Below are positions 38,856 to 48,665 of a DNA stretch of 64,000 nt, piece after piece (the stretch's first letter is position 1; each line of letters starts with the position of its first letter). Made by a program: the position numbers and the translations under genes. The stretch spans positions 5,797 to 69,796 of the forward strand of contig JAJXHK010000006.1 of assembly GCA_021639365.1 (NCBI GenBank). The letters are read 5' to 3'. The notes below the pieces were generated by a model, which searched no databases, was not told where the DNA came from, and saw nothing but the letters and a program-made list of their open reading frames with translations. Origin of the DNA: Collinsella aerofaciens. GTDB lineage: Bacteria > Actinomycetota > Coriobacteriia > Coriobacteriales > Coriobacteriaceae.

Positions 38856-39197
38856 TTAAGCCTGATCGCGAAGGTGCTCCTTGTAGCTTTCTCCCCAAGC
38901 CCACATGGCATCTAAAACAGGCTTGAGGGTTTGCCCTAGATCCGTGAGAGAGTACTCAACACGAGGCGGGACTTCTGCGAATACTTCGCGGCGGACAATC
39001 CCTGACTCTTCCATGGAGCGTAGATTGGTAGTGAGCACCTTTTGGGAGATCCCACCTATTGAGCGTTGTAGCTCTTTGAATCGCAAGACACCATTGCGGC
39101 TGAGATCGCGCAAGATAAGGACCTGCCATTTGTTGCCGATGAGCGTGAGGGTGGTCTCAACTGGGCATGCAGGCAAAGAATCGAGTCGTTCGTTCAT
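38856..39197 (-). CDS. HxlR/DUF24 regulator with N-terminal Cys
   Basis: LPACPVETTLTLIGNKW...GISQKVLT...EVPPRVEYSLT. Confidence 0.92.
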   Translation of the reverse strand: MNERLDSLPACPVETTLTLIGNKWQVLILRDLSRNGVLRFKELQRSIGGISQKVLTTNLRSMEESGIVRREVFAEVPPRVEYSLTDLGQTLKPVLDAMWAWGESYKEHLRDQA

Positions 39198-39233
39198 AAT
39201 CTCTCCATGTTCAAAAATGCAGATAAACGCCAA

Positions 39234-39279
39234 TAGTTACAAAAAGGTACCTACAGCACCTTTTTGTGCCTACTTCCGT
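39234..39279. promoter_or_regulatory. Putative HxlR operators
   Basis: TAGTTACAAAAAGGTACCTA followed by GCACCTTTTTGTGC in the divergent intergenic region. Confidence 0.6.
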
Positions 39280-39358
39280 ATAGACTGCGTGAATCATAGT
39301 ATTTGCCCTGTCAAAAGGCAACATCGCAAAAGGGCGATAAAGCAGAAAGGAACGTACT

Positions 39359-39994
39359 ATGACCAAGAAGATCGCAGTAGTCGCGGCAAACGGCAAGGCC
39401 GGCAAGCTCATCGTCAAGGAGGCCGTCCAGCGTGACATGGACGTCACCGCCTTCGTCCGCTCCGAGAATGCAACTGTGGCTCAGAAGGCCGTCGTTAAGG
39501 ACATCATGGACCTGACCGCAGAAGATTTGGGTGGATTCGACGCCGTAGTCGATGCCTTCGGTGCCTGGACACCCGAGACCCTCTCTCAGCACTCCACTAC
39601 CCTCGAGCATTTGTGCGACGTGCTCTCCGGTAGCGAAACCCGCTTGCTCGTCGTGGGCGGTGCGGGCAGCCTGTACGTGAACCCCGAGCACACGGTCACC
39701 GTTTCCGAGGGACCCAATTTCCCCGAGATGTTCAAGCCGTTGGCATCCGCTATGGGTGTCGCTTTGGCCGACCTGCGTAAACGCGACGACGTCAATTGGA
39801 CCTACGTCAGCCCTGCAGGCGACTTCCAGGCTGACGGCGAGCGTACGGGAGAATACATCCTTGGCGGCGAGGAGCTGACCCTGAACGAGCGCGGCGAGTC
39901 CATCATCTCCTATGCCGACTACGCCATTGCCATGGTTGACGAAATCGAGTCCGGCGATCATGTGCGCCAGCGCATCAGCGTCGTTCGCAAGTAG
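39359..39994 (+). CDS. NAD(P)-dependent oxidoreductase (YwnB-like atypical SDR)
   Basis: IAVVAANGKAG, RLLVVGGAGSL, WTYVSP, ISYADYA. Confidence 0.9.
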   Translation: MTKKIAVVAANGKAGKLIVKEAVQRDMDVTAFVRSENATVAQKAVVKDIMDLTAEDLGGFDAVVDAFGAWTPETLSQHSTTLEHLCDVLSGSETRLLVVGGAGSLYVNPEHTVTVSEGPNFPEMFKPLASAMGVALADLRKRDDVNWTYVSPAGDFQADGERTGEYILGGEELTLNERGESIISYADYAIAMVDEIESGDHVRQRISVVRK

Positions 39995-40301
39995 GATTGT
40001 CGCAAGAGGCGCAGCCGAACTCTCGGCTGCGCTCCGTTCGGGATGTCTCTAGCACTGTTGGTTCAACGAGGAGGAGGCGGACAAGCCCTGCATGCTCAAG
40101 CTTTCGAGTCAGATATAGAAAGGACATGTCGGATGAAGAAGAGTCTCGGAGCCAAGGGTCAGCATGCGCACTATGGACGAAATCGAGATCCACATCTCCT
40201 CGCACCAATCCACCGATAATATCCTCGCCCGCCGTGCCTTCACCATATGGGTGCCATCCAACCATCAGGCCATACGGACAATTTGCAGCTCAAATCACTC
40301 T

Positions 40302-41591
40302 CTATAGGCAAAAAGCTGCATAAAGCGGAATGGATCTGAGCCCATCATTCAATCCAAAGGGCTTAGTTGAAAGCCTGATAAGGCGCACGCCCGGATGGCT
40401 CTTTTTAAGTGAGGACAGGCTTCGAGACCTCGTATTCTCCCCCGCTTTAACCTCAATCGCAGACACGCACCCCTGCCTCTCCACGACAAAGTCGATTTCC
40501 GCACGATTATCTCGTGCCCAATAATGCAGAGGGTAGCCAATGGCAGAAAGCTGTTGGGCAACGTAGTTTTCGGTAAGCGCGCCCATGAATGTACCGCCGA
40601 TACCGGAGAGAATATCGGCTCGTTGAGCACCTGCCTTGGAGACAAGCAGCCCGGTATCCGCCTGATAGATTTTAAAAGACGAAGGGTTAACAAACGCCTC
40701 GAGAGGACTTTCAATCCGCCCGACCAGGCTGCAACGTTTCACGGTGCCTAACAATACAAGCCAATCGAGAGCGTCTCCAAATAGAGACGCGTTGCCCCCC
40801 GCTCGCACTACCTTGTACTGGAATTTACGGTTTTCTTTGGCAAGCTGCTGCGGGATGGAATCGAAACACGCACGTGTCTTTGCGCTCAAGCGCTCATCGG
40901 CATATTTGTTAGTGTCAGCTGAATATCCGTCGAGGATAATTCGATGCTTTTCGGCGACATCGATGACCGACTGAGCCTCAACATAGGTTTGGACAGCCTC
41001 AGGCATTCCACCAATAACAAGATACTGTCGATAGAACCTCAGTGCTTCGTCATGAAGACTCGGAGCAAGGGGCTCCATCGATTCAAATGACGAATGAATC
41101 TCGTCGGCCAGCCGGTCGTGCCCCATCGCCCAAAGAAACTCTTCGAAATCAAGCGGAGCCATCTCGATCAAATCGGTCTTTCCAACGGGGAACGAATACG
41201 ACTGATGATTAATGGCAACCCCAAGGAGCGACCCAGCAGCCGCGACATAATATTCGGGTGCATCTTCGCAAAAGTACTTAAGGGACGTAAGCGCTTCCTC
41301 GCATGCCTGGACCTCGTCAATGAATAGCAGGGTTTTACCCGGTACGATGCGCTGTCCCGTGCGGGCCTCAATCGCACGCACAATCGAATGGGGATCGAGA
41401 CCGCCCGAAAAGTCTGCCCGAGCCGACCGGTCATTCTCGAGATTGATATAGACGACCGACTCGAAAAGATCCCGTGCATATGTTCTGAGCAGATAGGTCT
41501 TGCCGCACTGGCGAACGCCCTTGACCAACAGAGGTTTCCTATCGATTTTGTCTCGCCATTCCTTAAGGAGCCTGTCTGCTTTCCGGCGCAT
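40302..41591 (-). CDS. AAA_14-type ATPase with DUF4143 C-terminal domain
   Basis: GVRQCGKT, FIDEVQ, AGSLLG, GGMPE, D.GLL, ENYV, AEIDFV...IEVKAG. Confidence 0.9.
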   Translation of the reverse strand: MRRKADRLLKEWRDKIDRKPLLVKGVRQCGKTYLLRTYARDLFESVVYINLENDRSARADFSGGLDPHSIVRAIEARTGQRIVPGKTLLFIDEVQACEEALTSLKYFCEDAPEYYVAAAGSLLGVAINHQSYSFPVGKTDLIEMAPLDFEEFLWAMGHDRLADEIHSSFESMEPLAPSLHDEALRFYRQYLVIGGMPEAVQTYVEAQSVIDVAEKHRIILDGYSADTNKYADERLSAKTRACFDSIPQQLAKENRKFQYKVVRAGGNASLFGDALDWLVLLGTVKRCSLVGRIESPLEAFVNPSSFKIYQADTGLLVSKAGAQRADILSGIGGTFMGALTENYVAQQLSAIGYPLHYWARDNRAEIDFVVERQGCVSAIEVKAGENTRSRSLSSLKKSHPGVRLIRLSTKPFGLNDGLRSIPLYAAFCL

Positions 41592-41698
41592 GAGCGTCCT
41601 TTCCTCATGAAATTTTGTTTGACAATATTTTAACGCAGATTAATCGATATTTGATTATTATTCTGCGTTAAAAAAATGGTACCCATGCATGTGACTGC

Positions 41699-41781
41699 TT
41701 ACGCCAGCTTGCGGGCAAGCGCACGGACCTCTTCCGGCTTGGGCGAGGTCTTCATGCTGTCGCGCTCCTCCATGCCGCTGA
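41699..41781 (-). repeat. Duplicate 3' end of the flavodoxin-family gene at 56490
   Basis: 83 bp with about 7 mismatches versus 56490-56572; encodes SGMEERDSMKTSPKPEEVRALARKLA*. Confidence 0.9.
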
Positions 41782-42204
41782 ATGAGATTGAGCATCCCCT
41801 TGAGCTTGGGAAGCGCCGCCGCGGGCAAGCCTTTCGCAGCTGCAGCGTCGGCGAACGCCGGGCTCTCGGGATCGACGACCTCCGCTACACCCGTGACCTG
41901 TACGCTTGCGAGCGTACCGAAGCCGTCGTAGGGCTCGAACACGGCGAGGCTCACGTTTTTGTTCTCTTTGAGCGCGCAGAACTTGAGCCCACCCTCCGAG
42001 AAAATCCAAACCGCACCGTCGCGCCACGCATACTCAAGCGGCGTGCAGCGCACGAAGTCACCGATTCCGCAGGCGAGCGCAGGTATTGTGCTCAGCGAGG
42101 AACCTCTCAACCTCGGCACGCAGCTCGTCTTCCGGCATGCGCACCGTCTCAGTTTCTTTGCTCGTCCAATGCTCGGCCGCCTTGTCGTATTCCTCGTCAG
42201 GCAT
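41782..42204 (-). pseudogene. PNPOx-family gene, frameshifted near 42076 and 3'-truncated
   Basis: MPDEEYDKAAEHW...HNTCA continues in another frame as LACGIGDFVRCTPLEY...FSEGGLKF...LNLI, then joins the flavodoxin fragment. Confidence 0.78.
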
Positions 42205-42411
42205 GGGGATTCTCTTCTCAATCATCGCCGATGCCCACCGGCGCGTCGGCTCCAATATACATCGCTTCGGATTCTTCCCCATTTCGTGCCACGCAACACA
42301 TGAACAGGGATATCTGCCCTTTACACCCATCCCGTTCAACTTGTTCAGAATAGTCTCACTTCTCCCGGCATCGGCACGTCGATCGTTGCAGAGGCTGTTT
42401 CAATCTCGTAC

Positions 42412-42432
42412 TTTTCCATCTTTTCAGGAAAA
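42412..42432. promoter_or_regulatory. Candidate PRD-activator (LicR/CelR-type) binding site
   Basis: TTTTCC-N9-GGAAAA inverted repeat about 140 bp upstream of the PTS IIA gene. Confidence 0.45.
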
Positions 42433-42570
42433 AGCCCCGTTGGAGACTTTCCAACGGATGCCGTACGGTGGATATATCGATTTCCCGCAAAGACGTCAAT
42501 CTGACCGTGCGGTGTCGAAACGACCGTGCCCGCGAACGCGGACACAACACAAGCTGGAAAGGAAACGGAC

Positions 42571-42930
42571 ATGATGACGGAAAACACTGATAAGCAGAGC
42601 GATCCCGTAACAACCGACACCGGTGATGAGATGCTCTCATTTGCGCTCATCGCAGCGGCGGGACAGGCACGGAGCCTTTCTTTCGAGGCTCTCGAAGCGG
42701 CTCGGGAGAAAGATTTCGATCGTGCGCACAAGCTGATGGATCAGGCGAAGGCTGCTGCACTCGAGGCCCATAACCAGCAAACGGAGCTGCTGGTTCGCGA
42801 GGCACAGGGGGACCACACCGCTGTAGACGTAATGCTCGTCCACGCACAGGATCATCTGATGACGGCCATGCTTGCCCAAGAGCTCATCGAACAGATGATT
42901 TATCTGCATCAGGAACTCGCACGTCGCTAG
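42571..42930 (+). CDS. PTS lactose/cellobiose-family EIIA
   Basis: AGQARS, AHNQQTELL, MLVHAQDHLM. Confidence 0.92.
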   Translation: MMTENTDKQSDPVTTDTGDEMLSFALIAAAGQARSLSFEALEAAREKDFDRAHKLMDQAKAAALEAHNQQTELLVREAQGDHTAVDVMLVHAQDHLMTAMLAQELIEQMIYLHQELARR

Positions 42931-42946
42931 ATTTAAGGAGAAAGCC

Positions 42947-44446
42947 ATGAAACGCGAGCAAAGCGCCGCTAAACGAGAGAAACGCAAACTCCTATGGGGT
43001 GGCTCTATTTCCGCCGTACAGTGTGAAGGCGCTTGGAATGAAGGTGGAAAATCCCCGGTTGAATCTGATTATGCCGAATGCTCGGGCGGGGTCGCCCACT
43101 TCAAAAGCGTATCCTATCGCGATGCAACGGGGAATCTCCAAAAAGGACCCATGCCATGTTGGAACGTAATACCGCCCGGTGGCATCGAACGCATCGAAAA
43201 ACCGGATGCATACTATCCGTATCGTTCCGGCATTGATTTCTACCACCGCTATCGAGAAGATATCGCCTTATTCGCCGAAATGGGCTTTCAATCGCTGAAC
43301 CTGTCCATCTCTTGGGCACGAGTCATGCCTCACGGAATCGATGGGGGAATCAACCGCGAGGGAGTTGAATTCTACCGCGATGTTCTCAGCGAGCTAAAAC
43401 GATATGATATCGAACCCATCGTAACCCTCTTCAAGTATGACATGCCCTGTTATCTCGACGATAAATACGACGGTGGCTGGCTCGATCGAAGCATGGTCGA
43501 CGAATTCGAGGCCTTTGCCAAGGTTTGCTTTGTCGAGTATCGCGATCTGGTGAAATACTGGATCACGTTCAATGAGATAAACGGCATCGCCATGATCGGA
43601 AAGGAATTCGGCGTCATCTCGGCGCAGCAAGCCTATCAGCTTGGACACCACCTTATGGTGGCAAGCGCGCGTGCGGTGCGCGCGGCGCACGATATCGATC
43701 CCTCTTTCAAGGTCGGCTGCATGGTCTACCAGGGAACGACCTACCCCATGACTGCCGATCCAACCGACTACCTCACGGTAATGGAGCAGACCCGCAAAAG
43801 AACTCACTATTTCGGCGACACAATGGTGCGGGGCGCATACCCCTCTTACGCTCAAAAGATATGGGAAGACGAAGGCGTCGAACTCGAATGGGCTCCTACC
43901 GATATCGCAGACTTGCAAGCCGGCAAAGTCGATTATTACGCGTTCTCCTGCTATAACTCAAGCTGCTACACCTCGCATACCGACGAAAACGCAGAGATCG
44001 TGGGCAATCTGATGAAAGGCCTGCGCAATCCCTATCTGGACAAGAGCGAATGGGGTTGGACCATAGACCCCTACGTACTCAAGATCACCATGATCGAGTT
44101 GTACGACCGCTATCAGATCCCGCTCATGATCGTCGAGAACGGCCTGGGAGCGACTGACGTTCTCGAGAAAGACGGCTCGGTGCACGATCCTTATCGCATC
44201 GATTACCTGCGTTCCAATATCAAGGGAATGCTGGAGGCACTCGATGAGGGTGTCGATCTCATTTCATACAATTCGTGGGGCTGCATCGATCTGGTCGCAG
44301 CGTCATCGGCGCAAATCACAAAACGTTACGGCTATATCTATGTCGACAAAGACGACACCGGAGCGGGCACCCTTAAACGATACAAGAAGGATTCGTTCTA
44401 CTGGTACCAAAAAGTCATCGCCACCAATGGCGAAGACTTGTCGTGA
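42947..44446 (+). CDS. GH1 6-phospho-beta-glucosidase
   Basis: LWGG..SA.QCEG, TFNE, IVENG, KRYG, KKDSFYWY. Confidence 0.92.
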   Translation: MKREQSAAKREKRKLLWGGSISAVQCEGAWNEGGKSPVESDYAECSGGVAHFKSVSYRDATGNLQKGPMPCWNVIPPGGIERIEKPDAYYPYRSGIDFYHRYREDIALFAEMGFQSLNLSISWARVMPHGIDGGINREGVEFYRDVLSELKRYDIEPIVTLFKYDMPCYLDDKYDGGWLDRSMVDEFEAFAKVCFVEYRDLVKYWITFNEINGIAMIGKEFGVISAQQAYQLGHHLMVASARAVRAAHDIDPSFKVGCMVYQGTTYPMTADPTDYLTVMEQTRKRTHYFGDTMVRGAYPSYAQKIWEDEGVELEWAPTDIADLQAGKVDYYAFSCYNSSCYTSHTDENAEIVGNLMKGLRNPYLDKSEWGWTIDPYVLKITMIELYDRYQIPLMIVENGLGATDVLEKDGSVHDPYRIDYLRSNIKGMLEALDEGVDLISYNSWGCIDLVAASSAQITKRYGYIYVDKDDTGAGTLKRYKKDSFYWYQKVIATNGEDLS

Positions 44447-44482
44447 CGCGCTCGTCACAGGTCCCAGAAAAGGAGGAGGCCC

Positions 44483-45391
44483 ATGACCACCAGCCAACGT
44501 CTTGCACTCGATTTTGGTGGAACCAGCCTGAAATACGCGTTGGTCGCCGGCGCGGAAACGGTGACGGAAAGTCACTGCATCCCGTCACCGAATAAAAGCC
44601 GCGACGAGTTCCTTCAAACGATCAGAAGCATCTATTCCACCTATGAACGGCAAACCGATGGTGTCGCCATCAGCTTTGCAGGCTGCGTCAACGCCCAAAC
44701 GGGTTTCGTCCATCACGGGGGATCCTACAGTTTCATCATGAGGGAAGACCTCAAAACAGAACTCGAAACCCTCTTGGGCTGCCCGGTGGCAATCGCCAAC
44801 GACGCCGAATGCGCCCTGCTCGGCGAGCGATCCGGCGGAAACCTCCGGGATGTAGATAACGCCGTAGTCTTGGTCCTGGGCACGGCCATCGGCGGAGCGT
44901 TGATGCTAAACGGCGAGCTCTACCACGGTGCCCACGATAATGCCGGAGAGCTGTCAAGCTATCTATACGATGTCGGAGGCACGGGGTGCGAGCGCTATTG
45001 GTTCATGCACAACAGCGCTATGGGTCTTTTCGGACCCTATGCGACCGCGCACGGAATCGACCCCCGAAAATATTCCGGCCGATTGTTTTTCCAGGATCTC
45101 GATGAGGAAAAAAACAACCACATCGAACGCTTTGCAAATGAACTGGCCGATGTGGTCTACAGCATCCAGACGCTCCTGGATGTCGAGCGTTTTCTTGTCG
45201 GTGGAGGCATCAGCGAGCATCCCGAATTGATCGAAGCCATACAGGCCGCATGCGCACTCCGATTCGAGGAGCACTCAATGTTCCGTGTGGCGCAGCCAGA
45301 CGTGCAGAAGTGCGCACGCGGCAATGACGCGAACCTCATCGGAGCGTCGGTGCATTTCGATCGCATCGCAGGCAGGCACCGGCTTTCGTAA
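44483..45391 (+). CDS. ROK family sugar kinase
   Basis: ALDFGGT, NDAECA, LGTAIGG, AGE, VGGGIS, GNDANLIGA; no HTH. Confidence 0.9.
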   Translation: MTTSQRLALDFGGTSLKYALVAGAETVTESHCIPSPNKSRDEFLQTIRSIYSTYERQTDGVAISFAGCVNAQTGFVHHGGSYSFIMREDLKTELETLLGCPVAIANDAECALLGERSGGNLRDVDNAVVLVLGTAIGGALMLNGELYHGAHDNAGELSSYLYDVGGTGCERYWFMHNSAMGLFGPYATAHGIDPRKYSGRLFFQDLDEEKNNHIERFANELADVVYSIQTLLDVERFLVGGGISEHPELIEAIQAACALRFEEHSMFRVAQPDVQKCARGNDANLIGASVHFDRIAGRHRLS

Positions 45392-45497
45392 CATCCTCCG
45401 TTCACGGCCCGCTCATTGATAGGAGTCGAAAACCAAGCATCGTCCATGTCCGTATAGGTAAAGCCATTTCAAGCGACAGAAATCAGAGGAGAGGACC

Positions 45498-45977
45498 ATG
45501 GTTCCATTCAATTCGATCATGCACATTTCGTTTTTCACCGATCAGCTGGATGAAATGATCGATTTTTATCAGAACAAGCTGGGCATGAAACCCAAAATCG
45601 TTACTCGAGCCAAAGCATACAAGGACAGCGATGATGCCTCGATGGCCAAGCTCGCTGAACTGGATCCCGAACGCATCATGATCGTGTACTTGGAAGCGGC
45701 GCCCGGCCAGTTCATCGAGCTCTTCCCGAGCTTCCCCGGGCAGCAGCCGCACGCTGCATGGAATGAGCAGTTGGGTTATTCCCACTTCGCCTTGCTCGTC
45801 GATGATATCTACGAAGCCCACGATGCGCTCACGGCCGCCGGCATCGAGATCGATTCCGAGGTCCACAAAGGCCCCAGCGAAACCTTCCAGTTCTGGATCC
45901 ACGATCCCGATGGCAATAAATGCGAACTCATGCAGTATACCGACCGCTCCTATCAAGTCGTCGGCAACATCATGTAA
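45498..45977 (+). CDS. VOC/glyoxalase family protein
   Basis: H(I)SF...FYQNKLG...FIELF...HFALLVDD...DPDGNKCE. Confidence 0.88.
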   Translation: MVPFNSIMHISFFTDQLDEMIDFYQNKLGMKPKIVTRAKAYKDSDDASMAKLAELDPERIMIVYLEAAPGQFIELFPSFPGQQPHAAWNEQLGYSHFALLVDDIYEAHDALTAAGIEIDSEVHKGPSETFQFWIHDPDGNKCELMQYTDRSYQVVGNIM

Positions 45978-45989
45978 GGAGGACCGAAA

Positions 45990-46985
45990 ATGAAACTCGG
46001 TATCATCGGTGCAGGAATGATCGTCAAGGACTTTATGACGTATCTCGATAGGATCGAGAATCTCGAGGTCCGAGGCATCCAAGACATCGAGCTCGAAGGC
46101 GCTCAAGCGCTGTGCGAGCGCTACGGCATCGGATGCGCCACGACCTCCTTCGACGAGCTTGTGGCAACGGGCATTGACACCGTCTATGTCGCGGTGCCGA
46201 ATTACCTCCACTTCGATTACTGCAAACGCGCCCTTGAGCGCGGGCTTCATGTCATTGTCGAAAAGCCCATGGCAAGCACCGAGCGCGAGACGCGCGAGCT
46301 CGCCAAGTTGGCGAAGGACCGCAATCTACTCATCTTCGAAGCGGTAACCACGTTGTACCTGGGAAACTACCGCAAGGTCCAGGAATGGCTGCCGCGCATC
46401 GGCAGCATCAAGCTCGTTCAGAGCCAGCACAATCAGTATTCGAGTCGCTACGACGCGTTCCGGGCGGGTCACGTGCTCCCGGCATTCGATCCCGCAAAGT
46501 CCGGCGGGGCGATGATGGACCTCGGCCTTTACAACCTTCATTTTGTCATGGGCCTTTTGGGCGAGCCGAACGATGTCCGCTACACGGCGAATGTCGAACG
46601 AGGCGTGGACACAAGCGGAGTGCTGACCCTTTCCTATCCGAATTGCACCGCGCTGTGCGTGCAGGCAAAGGACAGCAAGGGGCCTAAGGGGGGAACGATC
46701 CAGGGAACGGACGGCGTCATCCGCACCGAATGGTCTCCCAACGTCGTGGGCAAGGCAACACTCGAGCTCTACGACGGCACAACCGAGGAATTCGATGACG
46801 GCATGGCGCTTTCGCGCCTCCTTCCAGAATTCACCGCTTTCATCGACGCCATCGATAGGAACGATCGGGGATTCTGCGAAACGATGCTGGAGAAAAGCAT
46901 CGCTGTGAGCCGCGTGCAGACCAAGGCCCGCCTGATGGCCGGGGTGCGCTTCCCTGCAGACGATCGCATGGAGATCCGCCCGTAA
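45990..46985 (+). CDS. Gfo/Idh/MocA family oxidoreductase
   Basis: GIIGAGMI, VPNYLH, VEKP, GGAMMDLGLY. Confidence 0.9.
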   Translation: MKLGIIGAGMIVKDFMTYLDRIENLEVRGIQDIELEGAQALCERYGIGCATTSFDELVATGIDTVYVAVPNYLHFDYCKRALERGLHVIVEKPMASTERETRELAKLAKDRNLLIFEAVTTLYLGNYRKVQEWLPRIGSIKLVQSQHNQYSSRYDAFRAGHVLPAFDPAKSGGAMMDLGLYNLHFVMGLLGEPNDVRYTANVERGVDTSGVLTLSYPNCTALCVQAKDSKGPKGGTIQGTDGVIRTEWSPNVVGKATLELYDGTTEEFDDGMALSRLLPEFTAFIDAIDRNDRGFCETMLEKSIAVSRVQTKARLMAGVRFPADDRMEIRP

Positions 46986-47050
46986 ACCCGTATGGATTGA
47001 ACAGCCGTACGGACCCGCGATAACGACAATCGCCCCGAAAGGAGCCTGGC

Positions 47051-48535
47051 ATGTCATTTCCCGAAGGTTTTTTATGGGGTGGCGACATCAGCGCCGCCCA
47101 GTGCGAGGGGGCTTGGAATGAAGGAGGTAAGGCCCCCATCGAAGCCGACTATCTGCTCGGAGGATCAAAGAAGAGCATGCGCTTCGCATGGTACCGCCTA
47201 CCCGACGGCGCAGAAGGTAAAACTATGCAGATGGCCGGCCAGCTTCCAGCGGGTGCGCGCTACATCTTGCAAGACGGAGCATTCTATCCCAATCACCGTT
47301 CGGTCGATTTCTACCATCGCTACCGCGAAGACATAGCCCTCTTCGCCGAGCTAGGGATCAAGGCGATCAATCTCAGCGTTTCATGGGCCCGCATCTACCC
47401 CAACGGCGTCGCCGGAGGTGTGAACCAAAAGGGGCTCGACTACTATCGCGACCTTCTCACGCTGTGTCGGGAACACAACATAGAGCCTATCGTGACGCTC
47501 TACAAATACGACCTGCCCGTATTCTATCTGGAGGAGTGGGGCGGCTGGTCGAACCGAGCGCTCATCGATGAATACGTCACCTTTGCCACGACCTGCCTTA
47601 AAGAGTTCCGGGGGCTTGTCCATTACTGGATCACCTTCAACGAGCTCAACGTATTAAAGCTCATGGCGAAGATCAACCCGGCCGCGACAGCAGAGGACCG
47701 CCAGCGCGTTTACGAGGAGTCTCACAACCAGCTCGTCGCTTCGGCCCGGGTGGTGGCGGCAGGGCACGAGATCGACGCCGAAAACAAACTGGGCTGCATG
47801 TGCGCGGGAATGTTCGGATACACCTACACCAGCGATCCGATCGACGCCGCACTCGTGCAACGTGGAGCACAGGACGACTTCTACTATTTCGCGGACACGA
47901 TCGTGCGCGGCGCATATCCGAGCTTTGCCGTGCGGACACGTGAAGCCGATGGCGCCACGCTCGATATATCGGAAGAGGACGCAGCTGTTCTTCAGGCCGG
48001 GAAGGCTGATTTTCTTCCCTTCTCGTATTACGCGACAAGCTGCCGAACGATACACGGCGAGGGCCTTGACCGCGCAAAGGGAAATCTCGTGCTCTCGTCG
48101 GTCAAGAATCCCTACCTGGAAACAAGCGCGTGGGGATGGCAGATCGATGCCGAAGGACTCAAGACCTTTCTTCACGAGCTCTACGACCGCTATCAGATTC
48201 CCCTGCTCATCGCAGAAAACGGTCTGGGTGTCGACGAATGCCCGGATGAACGGGGGCGGATTCACGACGACTACCGAATCGACTATCTCGGCAAACATCT
48301 TGTCAAGGCCGGCGAGGCCATCGACGAGGGCGTTGATCTCATCGGCTACACCATGTGGTCGCTCATCGATCTGGTATCGTTTTCTTCAGGCGAGCTGAAA
48401 AAACGATACGGCCTCATCTATGTCGACGCCGACGACGAAGGAAACGGGACATTCGATCGTCTGCGCAAAGATAGCTTCTATTGGTATCAACGGGTGATAT
48501 CGACCAATGGGAAGGAGCTGCCGCCCAAAATCTAA
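47051..48535 (+). CDS. GH1 6-phospho-beta-glucosidase
   Basis: FPEGFLWGG, TFNE, IAENG, DLVS...KRYG. Confidence 0.92.
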   Translation: MSFPEGFLWGGDISAAQCEGAWNEGGKAPIEADYLLGGSKKSMRFAWYRLPDGAEGKTMQMAGQLPAGARYILQDGAFYPNHRSVDFYHRYREDIALFAELGIKAINLSVSWARIYPNGVAGGVNQKGLDYYRDLLTLCREHNIEPIVTLYKYDLPVFYLEEWGGWSNRALIDEYVTFATTCLKEFRGLVHYWITFNELNVLKLMAKINPAATAEDRQRVYEESHNQLVASARVVAAGHEIDAENKLGCMCAGMFGYTYTSDPIDAALVQRGAQDDFYYFADTIVRGAYPSFAVRTREADGATLDISEEDAAVLQAGKADFLPFSYYATSCRTIHGEGLDRAKGNLVLSSVKNPYLETSAWGWQIDAEGLKTFLHELYDRYQIPLLIAENGLGVDECPDERGRIHDDYRIDYLGKHLVKAGEAIDEGVDLIGYTMWSLIDLVSFSSGELKKRYGLIYVDADDEGNGTFDRLRKDSFYWYQRVISTNGKELPPKI

Positions 48536-48665
48536 ACGATCGGCCGGCACCAACTGGGCGACGAGGCCGAGAGCGCGTCTTTACCGAAGTTGCAATCGCT
48601 CTTATAGGAGCACGGCCCTTATAAGAGCACGGCTTCAACCGATTTCTACATAGAGCCATGCGTTT

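Noticed and set aside
39975..40300. Small ORFs between the oxidoreductase and the ATPase (also 38671-38850 and 57116-57301)
   Set aside because: No RBS or recognisable motif; they may be decayed fragments but I cannot support a call.
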